Origin: Candidatus Jordarchaeia archaeon
GTDB taxonomy: Archaea; Asgardarchaeota; Jordiarchaeia; Jordiarchaeales; Jordiarchaeaceae
NCBI GenBank assembly: GCA_029856435.1
Contig: JAHQXB010000047.1
Location: 1 to 17,303 of the forward strand
Length of the DNA stretch: 17,303 nucleotides
Reading direction: 5' to 3'
Below, one piece after another: positions 17,036 through 17,303 of the stretch. Each line of letters begins with the position of its first letter. Positions within the stretch are counted from its first letter, which is position 1. The notes under the pieces are model-generated. The model saw nothing but the letters and a program-made list of their open reading frames with translations, was not told where the DNA came from and ran no database searches. A program made the translations under genes and the position numbers.

Positions 17036-17303
17036 CTCACGATCGAGCGGAAGAACGTGGTCGGGTGGGGAGAAAGACCCTCCATCCTTAGGTAAAGGTT
17101 TATAGCTGCGTTGAGCTGACGACCGATTACAACGCCGCACCGCCAACACTTGAAGACCGCTCCCCTCAAGTCTTTATTCAACCACCGCACACAGAGCAGG
17201 TCTTAGAGGTCAGACGGGGGCTTAAAAGCTCCACGCAGCTCTTATACTTTATTAGGGACACTATCCTCTTCCAGTCGGTGTAGCTCAGTTCGCGGTTCCA
17301 CCT
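16828..17303 (-). pseudogene. tnpB: TnpB C-terminus, frameshifted, RuvC-III Asp absent
   Basis: The frame from 17303 reads RWNRELSYTDWKRIVSLIKYKSCVELLSPRLTSKTCSVCGG-stop (TGA 17180-17178). A shifted frame continues WLNKDLRGAVFKCWRCGVVIGRQLNAAINLY. Joining them at about 17185 restores the TS..CxxC...F.CxxC zinc ribbon and the NAAxN motif. Confidence 0.85.

Larger units (their letters stand above)
16823..17303 (-). mobile_element. Right end of a tnpB-carrying insertion sequence (IS200/IS605 superfamily sense; IS607/ISC1904-like suspected)
   Basis: Contains a tnpB 3' end and a structured terminal region, and abuts the truncated MFS at a GGGG run (16822-16825). The element continues past the window edge. 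The exact boundary is uncertain by a few nt. Confidence 0.8.

Noticed and set aside
107-17149. The many 60-220 aa ORFs overlapping the main genes (e.g. 1723..2187, 5713..6036, 6448..6882, 10128..10421, 13779..14444, 15187..15525, 16904..17149)
   Set aside because: They are antisense or alternate-frame shadows of well-supported genes, with no recognisable motifs or start signals.
16828-17190. 120-aa ORF as an independent small protein
   Set aside because: It is the post-frameshift part of tnpB; its GTG start overlaps the CSVCG zinc-finger codons of the upstream frame.
17274-17303. tRNA-like 5' start GTCGGTGTAGCTCAGTT on the plus strand
   Set aside because: The D-arm does not close (no GG..GAGC follows) and the opposite strand is in-frame tnpB coding sequence.

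Overview
Archaeal-looking window: BRE/TATA promoters, GGAGG/GGTGG Shine-Dalgarno sites, oligo-T terminators and a stand-alone ADP-forming acyl-CoA synthetase alpha subunit. An Asgard-type host is my inference, not shown by the sequence. Left to right: (1) a 5'-truncated gene for a permuted papain-like (YiiX/YaeF-type) cysteine hydrolase fused to an acidic, C2-like C-terminal domain; (2) a 670-bp gap between convergent genes that nevertheless carries promoter-like sites; (3) a crotonase-family gene and a HEAT-repeat gene on the minus strand; (4) an intact bacterial-type uvrB-uvrA-uvrC operon; (5) a 169-aa orphan whose C-terminal domain resembles the Vps28 C-terminal four-helix bundle; (6) a minus-strand acyl-CoA block (AMP-forming acyl-CoA ligase, gamma-carbonic-anhydrase-like protein, ADP-forming ACD alpha, MFS transporter); (7) a tandem MFS paralog cut off by a tnpB-carrying insertion sequence that runs off the right edge. 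The tnpB is frameshifted, lacks the RuvC-III Asp and has a strongly structured omegaRNA-like 3' end. Strongest leads: the Vps28-like orphan, the papain-C2 fusion, the nuclease-dead TnpB whose guide would come from the MFS gene, an abrupt wobble-position skew flip inside uvrA, and two candidate operators. No searches were run; all family calls are from motifs read by eye.
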